Assembly: GCA_965247645.1 (NCBI GenBank)
Contig: OZ252024.1
Location: 865,683-929,682, forward strand
Direction: 5' to 3'
Length of the DNA stretch: 64,000 bases
Source of the DNA: Dehalococcoidia bacterium
Lineage (GTDB): Bacteria; Chloroflexota; Dehalococcoidia; Lucifugimonadales; UBA2985
Shown: in pieces, positions 31,301 through 37,635 of the stretch
Numbering within the stretch: the stretch's first letter is position 1
How the letters are laid out: the number at the start of each line of letters is the position of its first letter
Position numbers and translations under genes: made by a program
The notes under the pieces: model-generated
What the model was told of the DNA's origin: nothing
Database searches by the model: none
Seen by the model: only the letters and a program-made list of their open reading frames with translations

Positions 31301-32363
31301 TGGGGACACCCTCTCCATCAGTGTGGTCAATGAGGTTGCGGTGATAAGCAGCCCATCAAACGGCGCTGCCGTCATCAAACCGGGTAGCACGACGGAGATC
31401 ATGTACACGCCCAAAGGCAACTTCCGCGGTTCCGACTCCTTCACCTACGAGGTGAGCGATGGAAACGGAGGCACGGACACCGGTACGGTCACTGTCACAA
31501 TTACACAGGCGAACTACATGCCAGGATTCGTCGAGGGCCCTAGCGCCACCCGCACTGTTCCTGAGAATGCGGACGTAGGGACAGCAGTGGGTGGTCCGGT
31601 GACAGCCAGGGACGGGGACAATGACCGTCTGGAATACTGGTTGTCAGGAACAGAAGTGTCAACTTTCGAAGTGGACCGTTGGACGGGGCAACTCACCACA
31701 AGGACCTTGTTGGATTACGAGGTCCAGAGCGAGTACTTGCTGCAGATGAGGGTGCGGGACGGCCGAGATGGCGTCAATGGCATCAACGTGACGATAACCG
31801 TAGTGGACATGGATGAGCCGCCCTCACAGCCAGGAGCCCCTGAAGTAAGCAGCGCCGGCCCGACCGGCCTAGCGGTTAGCTGGACGGCGCCCGATACCCA
31901 GGGGGCGGAGATAACTGACTACGACGTACAGTACCGGGAAGCCGGTGGAGAGTTTCGAGACGCAGGCTACGATGGCGTCGGCCTATCCACGACCCTGGAA
32001 GACCTGAGGCCGGGGACCGGTTACGAGGCGCAGGTGCGGGCCATCAACGCTGATGGGGCCGGCGCTTGGTCGGAATCGGGTCTAGGCGAAACTGAAGAGG
32101 AGCCTCCTACACCGACGCCGGAACCTACGCCTACACCAACGCCGACGCCGGAACCTACGCCTACCCCGAAGCCCACGCTGGAACCTACAGCTACTGTGCC
32201 TCCAGTGTCAACGCCCACACCCACGCCCACGGCGGAGCCATTGCCGCCCGAGGATGGGGACGATGGAGACGGGGGGTTCCCTTGGTGGGCTATCATTGTG
32301 GTAGTGATTGGGATAGTTGCTGGAGTCGTTCTCATCGTTGTGGCGCTACGTAGCCGGAGATAG
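19398..32363 (+). CDS. Giant (4321 aa) secreted surface protein: FN3 modules, six 7-bladed FG-GAP-like propeller blocks, cadherin-like domains, PT linker, C-terminal TM anchor
   Basis: Signal peptide MRTRSRFRGLALVAAMALVILL...TFAQA. FN3 signatures (LTNGxxYTFxVRAVNAAGES). 42 units of D(E)FGxSVAxxGDTxVVGA...GAAYVFT arranged as 6 blocks of 7. Two VNDAP-type cadherin-like domains (FTYEVSDGxGGTDTG) and one cadherin repeat (VPENADVGT...LDYE...VVDMDEPP). Tail is TPEPTPTPTP linker, then GGFPWWAIIVVVIGIVAGVVLIVVALRSRR. Confidence 0.9.
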   Translation: MRTRSRFRGLALVAAMALVILLSGSSGPLNTFAQAQPPEQPSGLQALTGDTQVKLSWHNPGNASITGYQYQQKIGGVFGSWADIAGSNALTTSHIVTGLTNGTSYTFHVRAVNAAGESAPTGEQSATPAAASYAPARPRNFSATQTGVSQVELTWDAHRYPLTVTGYEYIAADGSGTVWKTIPGSDSSTVSHTVTGLSAVPTYTFAVRAVNSAGSTESDSRSVTIVAKPAAPDSFSAVAGDGQVWLRWRSPADFTISAYEYRQKEGADALGDWQAIPGSRSGTTFHIVTGLTNGASYTFQLRAVNAAGESDASGEQSATPATASSAPVKPEGFSAAQTGIGQVELTWEASSNPLNVTGYQFKQNSGSWTTISESDHSAVSHIITGLTQGVVYTFAVRAANSFDESASSGAQPVTVVAKSAAPDPFAAEAGDTQVRLTWDDPVNASITKYQVFQFPESIKLISDDRADDDELGWSVAVDGDTLVIGALGDDPNNTGAAYVFTRDARGWYQVGKLTALVRRGDAGFGHSVAVHGDTIVVGAYEEDHPDPPNVDMGDVGAAYVFTRPATGWADMTQTARLTASDAVANDEFGTSVAVHGDTIVVGAPEEDTGARGSAYIFTRPANGWADMTETATLIGQSDGDRFGRSVAVHGDTVVVGAHEVGDNYRGEAYVFTKSAATGVWHDWDKKKANVATGRLTASDRATNDKFGYSVAMDGDTIVVGALYNDYDDTDGDTDDDEGAAYVFTKPAAGWATGNETAKLTASDGAENDQFGISVAVDGNTVMVGADQDDSKRGTVYVFTKPDGGWANDTDSDDDGEFDHTTETTTLTAYDRSQNDRFGNSVAVDGDTVLVGAAGDDSAKGSAYVFGTEAEWADIPGSGAGTTSHIATRLPNGAEHTFRVHAVNAAGEGGASEVDETPVAATFGPSRPGDFTTNQTGIGEVRLAWTASAKPLTVRHYTFKQGSQNWAKIDESDSSTASHTVTGLTAGTKYTFAVRAVNGGGQNSSPSKEVTIEARAAAPTGFTADAGDEQVKLSWDNPVADSPPIDKYQHLQIDQSKLTAADGLLGDLFGYSVAVDGNTAVIGAYQNDPGESGNTTSNAGAAYVFTRSSPTDPWSQVAKLTASDGAENDEFGISVAVDGNTAVIGAHQNDPGESGNTISNAGAAYVFTKPTDGWDSDDDDIINETAKLTAFGAAADDEFGISVSVAGDTILVGAHQNDQSATVTNSGAAYVFTKFGGLWGNAPVSGDHRVETAKLIASDGAANDEFGISVALDGDTAVIGARQDDTRNGSAYVFTKVSGVWSQEAKLIASDGAADDEFGISVAVDGETTVIGARQVDAKNGAAYVFIKVSGVWSQKAKLIAADGAADDEFGISVAVEGDTIVVGAHQDDDNGDLSGSAYVFTRDSAGGWGQKAKLTASDAAEGDRYGYSVAISGDTVLVGAPYNDYDDTDSDTNDDEGAAYFLSVLEWVDIVDTLDSDAGTRSHIVAGLTNDEEHTFQVRGVNAAGAGLASARAGSTPMFAIPDPPDGLTADAGDAVVALTWDDPEDSTIGKYQLLQITQGRMLTASSTDDPVARGDGFGISVALDGNTAVIGVYQDDHTDDGNTIGNAGSAYVFTRSSSTDPWSWAAKLTADDGAANDEFGISVAVDGDTIVVGAHQNDSSKGAAYVFTWNSSNSKWEQKAKLTASDAAANDEFGISVAVHGNTIVVGAHQDDDATNGDNSGSAYVFTKPAAGWATGAETAKLTADDAAADDEFGISVAVHGDTVVVGAHGNQNTVDGTDVSTGAAYVFTKPESGGWATATETAKLTADDAAADDEFGISVAVHGDTVVVGAHKYDVGVGTEKANAGAAYVFTKPETDANGDSSIDWKDWGSLDDDGKAKLTAKLIASDAARGDAFGISVAVDDNEDTIVVGAYLDDDNGDNSGSAYAFTRDSNSGKWSHTAKLTGPSRGKDDWLGHSVAVVGNTVIAGAGKSNISGPDSGAVYLWVVPGWADIADSRATTTSHTVTGLTNRVEYSLQVRAVDKVEGTGPPSDVRATPLKPRPAKPTELSAAPGDTRVRLSWELPGESSPPITSYQLWQHAENAVLTADTREANDEFGYAVAIDGDTAVVGMPGEDNPDNSGAAFVYTRDPLGTWSQVARLRPRDPGTNYRFGLSVAVHEDTSNGDTIVVGVPDHTNKTGAVYVFGEPATGWANDEDGDGDGNVDHTTETAKFLASDGAEDDEFGISVAVDGDTVVVGAHLDDDNGTSSGSAYVFTKSPDVAWADATETAKLTASDGAADDEFGISVTIDGDTIVVGASGDDSSTGSAYVFTKPATGWANSAGDQVAKLTAYFRVDGDGFGRSVAIDGDTIVVGAPYNDYDDDDNDTNDDEGAAYVFTKPDTGWAYSPGTETAMLTASDGSGDDQFGSSVAVDGDTVIIGADALNSTRSGSAYVFAKPESGGWVDSTEAAKLTGSGTAGGDRYGLSVAVSGVTVMVGANGQGDNDQGAAYIYGIQDWNPIDGSTGETTSHFATGLTNGVEHTFAVRAVNDGDAGLPAQKSADTATPGSPPLKPRNFSAVQTGAKEVRLEWGQTADPLNVTEYEYIQDDISNDVDTPAWATISDSDFATVSYTVSDSNLSAGSTYTFAVRAVNSAGEGVPSISLLVTIVTAPAAPTRLRAEPGDEQVILSWDLPAEGSPPVTSYKYQQGANGAWSDITESGASTTSHVVSDLTNNQRYTFRVRAVNAAGEGAPSEVAATPRRAGSRPAAPDDFLAVQTGVGQVKLSWGTPQDQDPPVTRYAYRQDDSWTTIQGSNSSATSHTVRGLSEETTYIFAVRAINSRGEQDSESIPVTIEAKPKRPTGFSATAGDTQATVEWRVPDDEEDPPIDKYQLLQVPQSTLTAEDRAANDEFGYSVAIGGNTAVVGAHQDDDDGDSSGAAYVFTKDLTGKWTQVAKLTASDGAANDEFGISVAIDGDTIVVGAHKADYIDLNDIDNNLTDSGAVYVFTKSPDVAWADATETAKLTASDGAAKDEFGISVAIDVDTVVVGAHQPSYQDENDVTVDVGPGAAYVFTKSGNVWATATETAKLIASDGAANDELGISVAIDGDTVVVGARLDDDNGDSSGAVYVFTKSPDVAWADATETAKLTASDGAAKDEFGISVAIDVDTVVVGAHLENANDDDVDTTDDVADSGAAYVFTRNAGVWDNGVKLTASNGDMGDGFGKSVAVNGNTVVVGAYLFDRDDRVVPGSGSAYVFARDPNSGKWSQTLNLAGPDPDQNDWFGHSVAIGDDGTLLAGVPQDDGSRGSAYAINISNAKWVDFVSTELTMSDDRYYVYRALHLTNDQEYGFRVRAVNAAGNTRSAETDAATPKLAKPGKPEDLAAKARDRAVELSWKLSDDSTLDHYDVLQPPEQTKLTAGSDSEADGKFGESVAVDSDTLVVGAYQHDVDGKSNAGAAYVFTRNPISGEWSEVANLTASDPAVNDEFGYSVAVDGDTIVVGARQDVTRNGAAYVFTKVSGVWSQKAKLIASDGAANDEFGFSVAVHGDTIVVGAHQDDDNGDISGSAYVFTKSGNVWATATETAKLIASDGEEGDRLGRSVAAHGTTVVVGANLHDIGTNDNAGAAYVFTEPANGWANIDNTTAAKLTADGGEQFGSSIAVDGNTVVVGARKNNAAYVFILGSGMWSQAARLEASDSDGSEEFGSSVAVRGSTIVVGADSTDIDPFDSDDARSGAAYLFTKTDGAVWTNDPNKDHRTESGRLTLPIEEGAVEKSDEFGNSVALDGQSIVVGAPEGSDGFGSVYVSGIPQWSPISGSNATTTFHTVRGLTNGMEYTFQVRTVDKLDDVGAGPPSDIVRATPERNKIPEAIPDAFTIKEDTAEFFNVIANDTDMDEDTLSVTAVSEPSNGTAEIVEGSMTEVTYTPDADFHGSDSFTYEVSDGYGGTDTGRVDVTVTPVNDAPDASNDIFTVLENASATSLNVIANDIDVDGDTLSISVVNEVAVISSPSNGAAVIKPGSTTEIMYTPKGNFRGSDSFTYEVSDGNGGTDTGTVTVTITQANYMPGFVEGPSATRTVPENADVGTAVGGPVTARDGDNDRLEYWLSGTEVSTFEVDRWTGQLTTRTLLDYEVQSEYLLQMRVRDGRDGVNGINVTITVVDMDEPPSQPGAPEVSSAGPTGLAVSWTAPDTQGAEITDYDVQYREAGGEFRDAGYDGVGLSTTLEDLRPGTGYEAQVRAINADGAGAWSESGLGETEEEPPTPTPEPTPTPTPTPEPTPTPKPTLEPTATVPPVSTPTPTPTAEPLPPEDGDDGDGGFPWWAIIVVVIGIVAGVVLIVVALRSRR
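28334..28488 (+). repeat. 155-bp intragenic direct repeat, copy 1
   Basis: 152/155 identity with 28706-28860, offset 372 bp (124 codons, two blades). Encodes SGAVYVFTKSPDVAWADATETAKLTASDGAAKDEFGISVAIDVDTVVVGAH. Confidence 0.85.
28706..28860 (+). repeat. 155-bp intragenic direct repeat, copy 2
   Basis: Only three mismatches to copy 1 (two C>G, one G>C). Confidence 0.85.
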
Positions 32364-32559
32364 GAGAGGAAAAAGCCTCAGGAGCCACCCGGTCAAAACG
32401 TACACCTGGGGAACATCCCGCGGCCGAGGCTCATAGCGCCACGACCAGCTCGAAGGTCGCAGTACGGTACCGCCAGGCCCACCACTTATCATTCGGTCTT
32501 TGTCCTATTTTGTCCCAGGTTGCCCATGACGCATATCTGAGTCGCATCGCCTGACCACC

Positions 32560-32676
32560 GCATACGTGCCCCAGGTGGCCATGTACGTCGCAGGAATTGG
32601 CATCCTGGCCTTGGGCATCTTCCCCGGGCCACTGATCGACTTTGCGGAAGCGGCTGCCGCGGTCCTTTTCCTGTAA
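32560..32676 (+). pseudogene. Isolated C-terminal fragment resembling NuoN/antiporter-type membrane subunit
   Basis: AYVPQVAMYVAGIGILALGIFPGPLIDFAEAAAAVLFL* follows an in-frame TGA and has no upstream gene body. Confidence 0.3.
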
Positions 32677-32831
32677 GATAAGACGCGAATCGACCAGTCG
32701 AAGCTTCGTCAGCCTCCCTCCAATGTCGTACCCCCTCATTCCGGCGCATCCCGCTTGACGCTCTTGGCGTCATGATATAATGCCCGCCTAATCGAGATAG
32801 GGGAGGGGAATCAGTCTCCCATACTGGTAAC

Positions 32832-33515
32832 ATGTCATTGTTGTTTCTCCCAAGTCGTGGGGTGGTCAATGGACTGTTGTTGTGTGCGGTGGCAGCGCTC
32901 CTTTTCACAGCGTGTATTTTCAGGACTCCCGAGGACGAATCCTCCGTATCAGTTCTGCAACGCGTGCCGGACTCCCAGGTGTGTCACACATTTTTCGTTC
33001 CTGACGAACACCGCAGCTTCACGCTCGATATGTTGGAACTCGTTGACCTGATGGACAGCGGCTTGGAGGGCAGGACGCGCATCATAAGCATCCACGAGGC
33101 TCGCAACAAGTTTCCTTCGCTGAAGGAACCGCCCCGGCTTCCAGAGGGGTTTGGGCTGTCCAGCGTGATAATCGATGAGAAACGCAGGGAGAACGACCGG
33201 CGCGCGCCTTACCTCCCGTGCAGTGTCACACTAAAATACACGTCCGCGGACTCTCCACGCCAGTGGATTGAGATTGGGCATCCCCAGTGCTCCCCCGAAG
33301 GCGAGCAAAGCCCCACCGCGGACGCATCGGATTGGAAAGGAATCACAGTAAGCGGGAAGCCGGCAACCATACTGGACGTGGAGGGTAGAGACTCCCTTTC
33401 CTTGCACATCTTCGATTCTTACACATGCCTGAAAGTGTCTAGGGACTCCATGTTCAGCGATTCGGAGATGATTGCCATTGCGGAGTCGCTGGAGAGGGTG
33501 AACGAGGCGTCTTAG
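32832..33515 (+). CDS. Hypothetical lipoprotein
   Basis: The signal GLLLCAVAALLFTAC has a lipobox. 227 aa, no confident family. The C-terminal ...SEMIAIAESLERV resembles the style of DUF4367-like lipoproteins (weak). Confidence 0.5.
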   Translation: MSLLFLPSRGVVNGLLLCAVAALLFTACIFRTPEDESSVSVLQRVPDSQVCHTFFVPDEHRSFTLDMLELVDLMDSGLEGRTRIISIHEARNKFPSLKEPPRLPEGFGLSSVIIDEKRRENDRRAPYLPCSVTLKYTSADSPRQWIEIGHPQCSPEGEQSPTADASDWKGITVSGKPATILDVEGRDSLSLHIFDSYTCLKVSRDSMFSDSEMIAIAESLERVNEAS

Positions 33516-33655
33516 CCGGTCTCCGTACCAGGGACTAGCGCGAAATCAGTCGCCTCGGCTACGCCGATACAGCGACCTTCGCCATTAGCTCATCGTGGGG
33601 TACGAGCGTTGCCCCGAAGACTTGGGCAAACCTGGCGGCAGCCTGCACATCGTCG

Positions 33656-33855
33656 TCAGCCAACCTCGCTCCTCGCTACCGGCCGCGACTCCAACCAGCT
33701 CGTCATGTCGCTTGCCCTCCACCTGACGGAGTGGGCCCGACCCTGACGGGCCATGGGAACTCTCCGACCTGCATGAGCCGGTAAATCGACGAGCGGCTCA
33801 TACCCGTGATTTCCTCAACCTGTCGACGCCTCAGCAGTCTGTAATCCATTTTCAT
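33656..33855 (-). pseudogene. AlpA-family excisionase/HTH regulator with a frameshift
   Basis: MKMDYRLLRRRQVEEITGMSRSSIYRLMQVGEFPWPVRVGP runs in one frame. The conserved tail VRWRASDMTSWLESRPVA continues in another frame from about 33722. Confidence 0.6.
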
Positions 33856-33879
33856 CACATCCTTATGCTCTTCCGTTCG

Positions 33880-34300
33880 TACCAATTAGGTATCCGGCGC
33901 TCCAGCAAGCCGTTGGGCCGCCGGCCTCCTGCACAGGTCTGTGGGAGCGCCTCTCCTGCGCCGTCAGAGGTTCGAGACTAGCGCTCCTCCGCGAAGAGGG
34001 TTGACTTGGAACCCCTCGCCCCCCTCCCCCGCAACGGCTCGTATCCCGCCGCAAACTCGTTAGTTCTCTGAGGGCTCATGGGACCGCGGCTCTGCAGAAG
34101 AGTGGGAACGATTCGTAGGACGTGCATCACCTCCATGTACGTCTTGGAACGCCACAACGTCCCAGCAAGGAAAATGTAGGCCGGCGCGGCGCCCAAAAGT
34201 AGGTCAATAACTCAAAGCTGAGTCGCGCCTTTTCAGAGTTGCCCGTGCACGAGGTGAACGTCCCAGCCAGTGGTCCTGTTGTCTCCGACAGCACACCCCA
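33880..34300 (-). pseudogene. Heavily decayed tyrosine-recombinase (integrase) remnant
   Basis: Reverse frames give ARLSFELLTY / LGAAPAYIFLAGTLWRSKTYMEVMHVLRIV (compare TGxRxxELLxLxWxDVDxxxxxLxI). A 1-nt-shifted HDLCRRPAAQRLAGAP compares with HDLRHTxAxxLxxAG. Multiple frameshifts and stops. Confidence 0.3.
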
Positions 34301-34648
34301 TGGGGAGGGATGTTGGCGACCGGGAAGGGTTGGTAGCGCCTCTACGCGAGAGATGGCGGGATGCGCCGTGCCCCGATGGAGTCTCAGCGCTCTGCGGTAT
34401 GGAATGGCCCGTGGCGCTTGGCCATGGCCTCCGAGTACTTCGCCATGACGGCCTCAACAGTCTACACCCTAACATCAACCCGACTTCTGAGACAGGCTCA
34501 GCAATAAGGGTACAGCGGTGTACCCCGGGTCCGCATTGGGGCACCCCGTTTTAGATTGTGCCAAAAGTCGGGTATCTCGAACGTCGCCTTGGATGCTCGC
34601 TGACAGTGCTATACTAGCCACCCGCTGGAAATAGAAGGGAGAAATACG

Positions 34649-34849
34649 GTGAATGAGTACATGGTATGGCTGGAGGACGGACGCACGGTGATTGTACGAG
34701 CAAACGCTGTTGTAGTTAGGTCCACTCAGGCGCTCTTCATGGATGCAACCCGCAATCCTGTTGCGGGCTTTCCGGATCCTGCGGGATGGGCTAAGCGGGA
34801 CAATGTAAGCGAGTCTACAGACGCTGGAGAAGGCGCCGACTCTACATAA
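34649..34849 (+). CDS. Hypothetical small protein
   Basis: 66-aa ORF with GTG start and RBS gaagggag 9-16 nt upstream. No family recognised. Confidence 0.3.
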   Translation: MNEYMVWLEDGRTVIVRANAVVVRSTQALFMDATRNPVAGFPDPAGWAKRDNVSESTDAGEGADST

Positions 34850-35145
34850 GGGTGCAAAGGGCGAAGGGTCGCTAGGCGTGAAACGCCGTCCAGGACGGCA
34901 TCGAGGGCCAGGATTCCGAGATTCGCCGGACTCTCAGAAACGGACAAGGACGATTCCCGTCCACGCGGGACCGGCCCAGGGAAAACCAGGGCGGGGTCGC
35001 TGAGCCACACCTATTAAGACTCGCTGGGGAGCGGGATCGTTGTCCACCCATCTTGGTTCAAGGTCTTCAATATAGCCGCTGTGTACGCTGGATTGGGAGT
35101 TTTCTGCACGACCGCGAATAGTTCTTTACCGGCTGGAGTGAACAA

Positions 35146-35608
35146 TGAGGTGGACCCAGAGAGTTGGACAGGTAGCTAAGATCGTTAACTGCTCCTAGAA
35201 TAACAGGGGAAAGGAAGGAGCAGACAATGAGAGAGAGTCGCAGGAAGCATAGTCCGGCGTTCAAAGCAAAGGTGGCCCTGGAGGCGTTGAAAGAAGAGGA
35301 GAGTACGGCAGAGATAGCCAGTAAATTTGAAGCGCTTCCGGCACAAGTGAGGACATGGAGGTGTATCTGAAGGCATACGCAGACGGCGGGGATGCCAGGG
35401 CCGGAATAGCCGAGTATCTCAGTTTCTACAACGCCCAGAGACCTCACCAGGCCTTGGGCTATCGAATCCCGGGGGAGGTATTCATCTCTGGAAGTGGAGG
35501 AAATGTGGTAGCATCACCGATGACATCAACATCAACACTGGGGTCTATAAGGGCAGTCCACGATCTTAATCTGGCCTCTAACCTGTCCAGCTAATGGGGT
35601 CCACCTCA
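35146..35608 (+). mobile_element. Internally deleted IS3-family element (463 bp) retaining both terminal inverted repeats
   Basis: IRL is TGAGGTGGACCCagagagtTGGACAGGT (from 35146). The reverse complement of the right end is TGAGGTGGACCCcattagcTGGACAGGT (ends 35608). Inside, the OrfA N-terminus MRESRRKHSPAFKAKVALEALKEEESTAEIASKF (ATG 35227) abuts the OrfB C-terminus EVYLKAYADGGDARAGIAEYLSFYNAQRPHQALGYRIPGEVF. Confidence 0.75.
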
Positions 35609-36018
35609 CCTATTGGCTACCGCAGTTGAATCCGACTCGACACGCGGAAAAATAGAGCCTACAACGAGCATACCGAATTCTAGTCGGCCAGAAGCCTGAT
35701 GTGGTAACATAAGGTAGGCGTGGTACAGGGCAGGGGGATACAATAGCCGCATGGGTATGGACCTGAGATTCTCGCTGGGTCAAGGTGTGGGAAGGCTTGA
35801 CAAGGCACCCCTACTTCAAAGCTAAAGACGACTCCCCCCTCCACCAACCCCGCAAATTCGAGAACCTTCGCCTTGAAGCCCGTTTTCAACCTGCGATATT
35901 GTCCTATCGGAATGAGTGGCTCAAGTGACCCGGCTCGACTTGCAAGTCGGGTGAGACCCCCCAACACACTTCATCAGGATGCGGATCTGTGCGAGACAGG
36001 AAGCTGGGATAGGGCTGC

Positions 36019-36825
36019 ATGGACTCACTAGCTGAGTGGCTATCGTCACCCAATGCCTCCGAGGTAGCCCTGACGTGGTGGAAAGCGGTTGTGCTCGTAG
36101 GGGCGGGAATCATGGGAGGTTTCATCAACACCTTGGCAGGCGGCGGATCGATGATTACAGTTCCGGCGCTTATGTTGCTGGGGATGCCTGCAGACCACGC
36201 AAACGCGACAAACAGAGTCGGTATCTTGCAACAGTCACTAACCGGAGTCAGAGGTTTCAACAAAGCAGGCAAGTTGGAAAAGGGCGCTATTTTGCCCATG
36301 CTGATCCCTACAGTGTCCGGCGCTGTTCTGGGCGCGTTGTCCTCCACATGGCTGCATCCCAATGTTCTCAAGCCGGTTCTGCTTGGCGCAATGATCACAA
36401 TTGCGCTTCTTATGTTGATTTTGCCGGACGTAGTTGCGCCTCCGGCAGGCGCGAAGACATACACCCTGCGAGAGCGCCCAACCGGGGTCCTTATGCTGTT
36501 CGGCGCGGGTGTTTACGGCGGGTTTGCGCAGGCCGGGGTTGGCTTCATCCTGATTGCCGCGCTGGCGGCGGGTCTCCGTTACGATCTAGTGCGAACGAAT
36601 GCCCTGAAGGCGGTGTGCACGGCGCTCTTCAGCATCGCTTCTTTGTCCATATTTATAGCTGCCGGTCAGGTTGAATGGGTTCCGGGCGTCATTCTTGCGG
36701 TTGGAATGACGGTTGGCTCGTACCTCGGCGTAAAATTTGCAATAAATGTTGATCAGAGGCTCATCAAATGGATGCTTTTCGCGATGATCTGCGTGGCTAG
36801 CGCTTCAGCGCTCTTGTTCAGTTGA
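36019..36825 (+). CDS. TauE/SafE-family (sulfite/anion exporter-like) membrane protein
   Basis: GGFINTLAGGGSMITVPALMLLGMPADHANATNRVGIL in the first half and an internal repeat with GGFAQAGVGFILIAAL; 268 aa, polytopic. Confidence 0.8.
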   Translation: MDSLAEWLSSPNASEVALTWWKAVVLVGAGIMGGFINTLAGGGSMITVPALMLLGMPADHANATNRVGILQQSLTGVRGFNKAGKLEKGAILPMLIPTVSGAVLGALSSTWLHPNVLKPVLLGAMITIALLMLILPDVVAPPAGAKTYTLRERPTGVLMLFGAGVYGGFAQAGVGFILIAALAAGLRYDLVRTNALKAVCTALFSIASLSIFIAAGQVEWVPGVILAVGMTVGSYLGVKFAINVDQRLIKWMLFAMICVASASALLFS

Positions 36826-36900
36826 TCTCCCACCACCCAATCAAACGGGGGTTCCGCTCATCCCCGTACCAAGCGCTGGGCAGGCCCTGAGCGGGAGCAA

Positions 36901-37235
36901 CCACCCATCGTCTTTTCTGCGTAGGCAGGAATTCAGAGCTGAGGCGCGGGGAGGAGACCCCGTCCCATCCCCCCTGGATGCCCGCGTTCGCGGGCATGAC
37001 GACGTTGCCCCCACCGTCTTTCCTGCGTAGGCAGGATTCAGGGCTGAGGCGCGGGGAGGAGGCCCAGTCCCATCCCCCCTGGATGCCCGCGTTCGCGGGC
37101 ATGACGACGCTGCTCCCACCGCCTTTCCTGCGTAGAGCCTGCCCCGTATCGTAGTACGGGGCAGGAATCCATACTTGGGCCGGGGCCACATCCCCCATCC
37201 CCTCTCTGGATGCCCGCGAACGCGGGCGTGGCGGC
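36901..37235. repeat. Three tandem units of about 105-120 bp from a hairpin-containing REP-like family
   Basis: Units start at 36901, 37011 and 37116 with CCACC(g/c)..TTTCCTGCGTAG. Units 1-2 each carry ATGCCCGCGTTCGCGGGCAT. Unit 3 carries CCTGCCCCGTAtcgtagTACGGGGCAGG and GATGCCCGCGAACGCGGGCG. The long ORFs across it are repeat artefacts. Confidence 0.8.
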
Positions 37236-37635
37236 CGGGCCGCCCGCGCAGGATGTTGCGCTCATTGTTCGGTTGAAGTAACATAGGCCAAAATGGCCGG
37301 TTAGCCGGAGGGATGTGGGTATTACCCACCGACTCTGGCAGATAACTGGCCGTAAACGTGAGTGTAGCTTGACCCACAAGCCGGGGGCGCCAGAGATAGC
37401 TCCCAGCCAACCGTCGTTGAAAACGGCGCTGGCTATCCGGTAAGGGTCCAGCGGATCGACTGAATGAGCGCCCATCGGGCGGACCGTGTTCCGGTCGGCG
37501 GGAAAAGCGCATCATCCTGCATACCGAGCTTGCTTGTTGCTCGACAACCTGCGCATTCTTGCGCTCGATGCAGGAATCTCACAAAGCCATGTCCCATCCA
37601 ATCGATGTTCATACGGATAGAGTTGAGGGTGAGCA

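Noticed and set aside
36901-37235. CRISPR array.
   Set aside because: The units are contiguous 105-120 bp repeats with no unique spacers between them. No cas genes are present, and related copies are dispersed singly.
37315-37329. Perfect 7+1+7 palindrome GTGGGTAtTACCCAC upstream of the A-T-R gene as an operator.
   Set aside because: About four such palindromes are expected by chance in 64 kb. It lies 300 nt from the start codon with no second copy.
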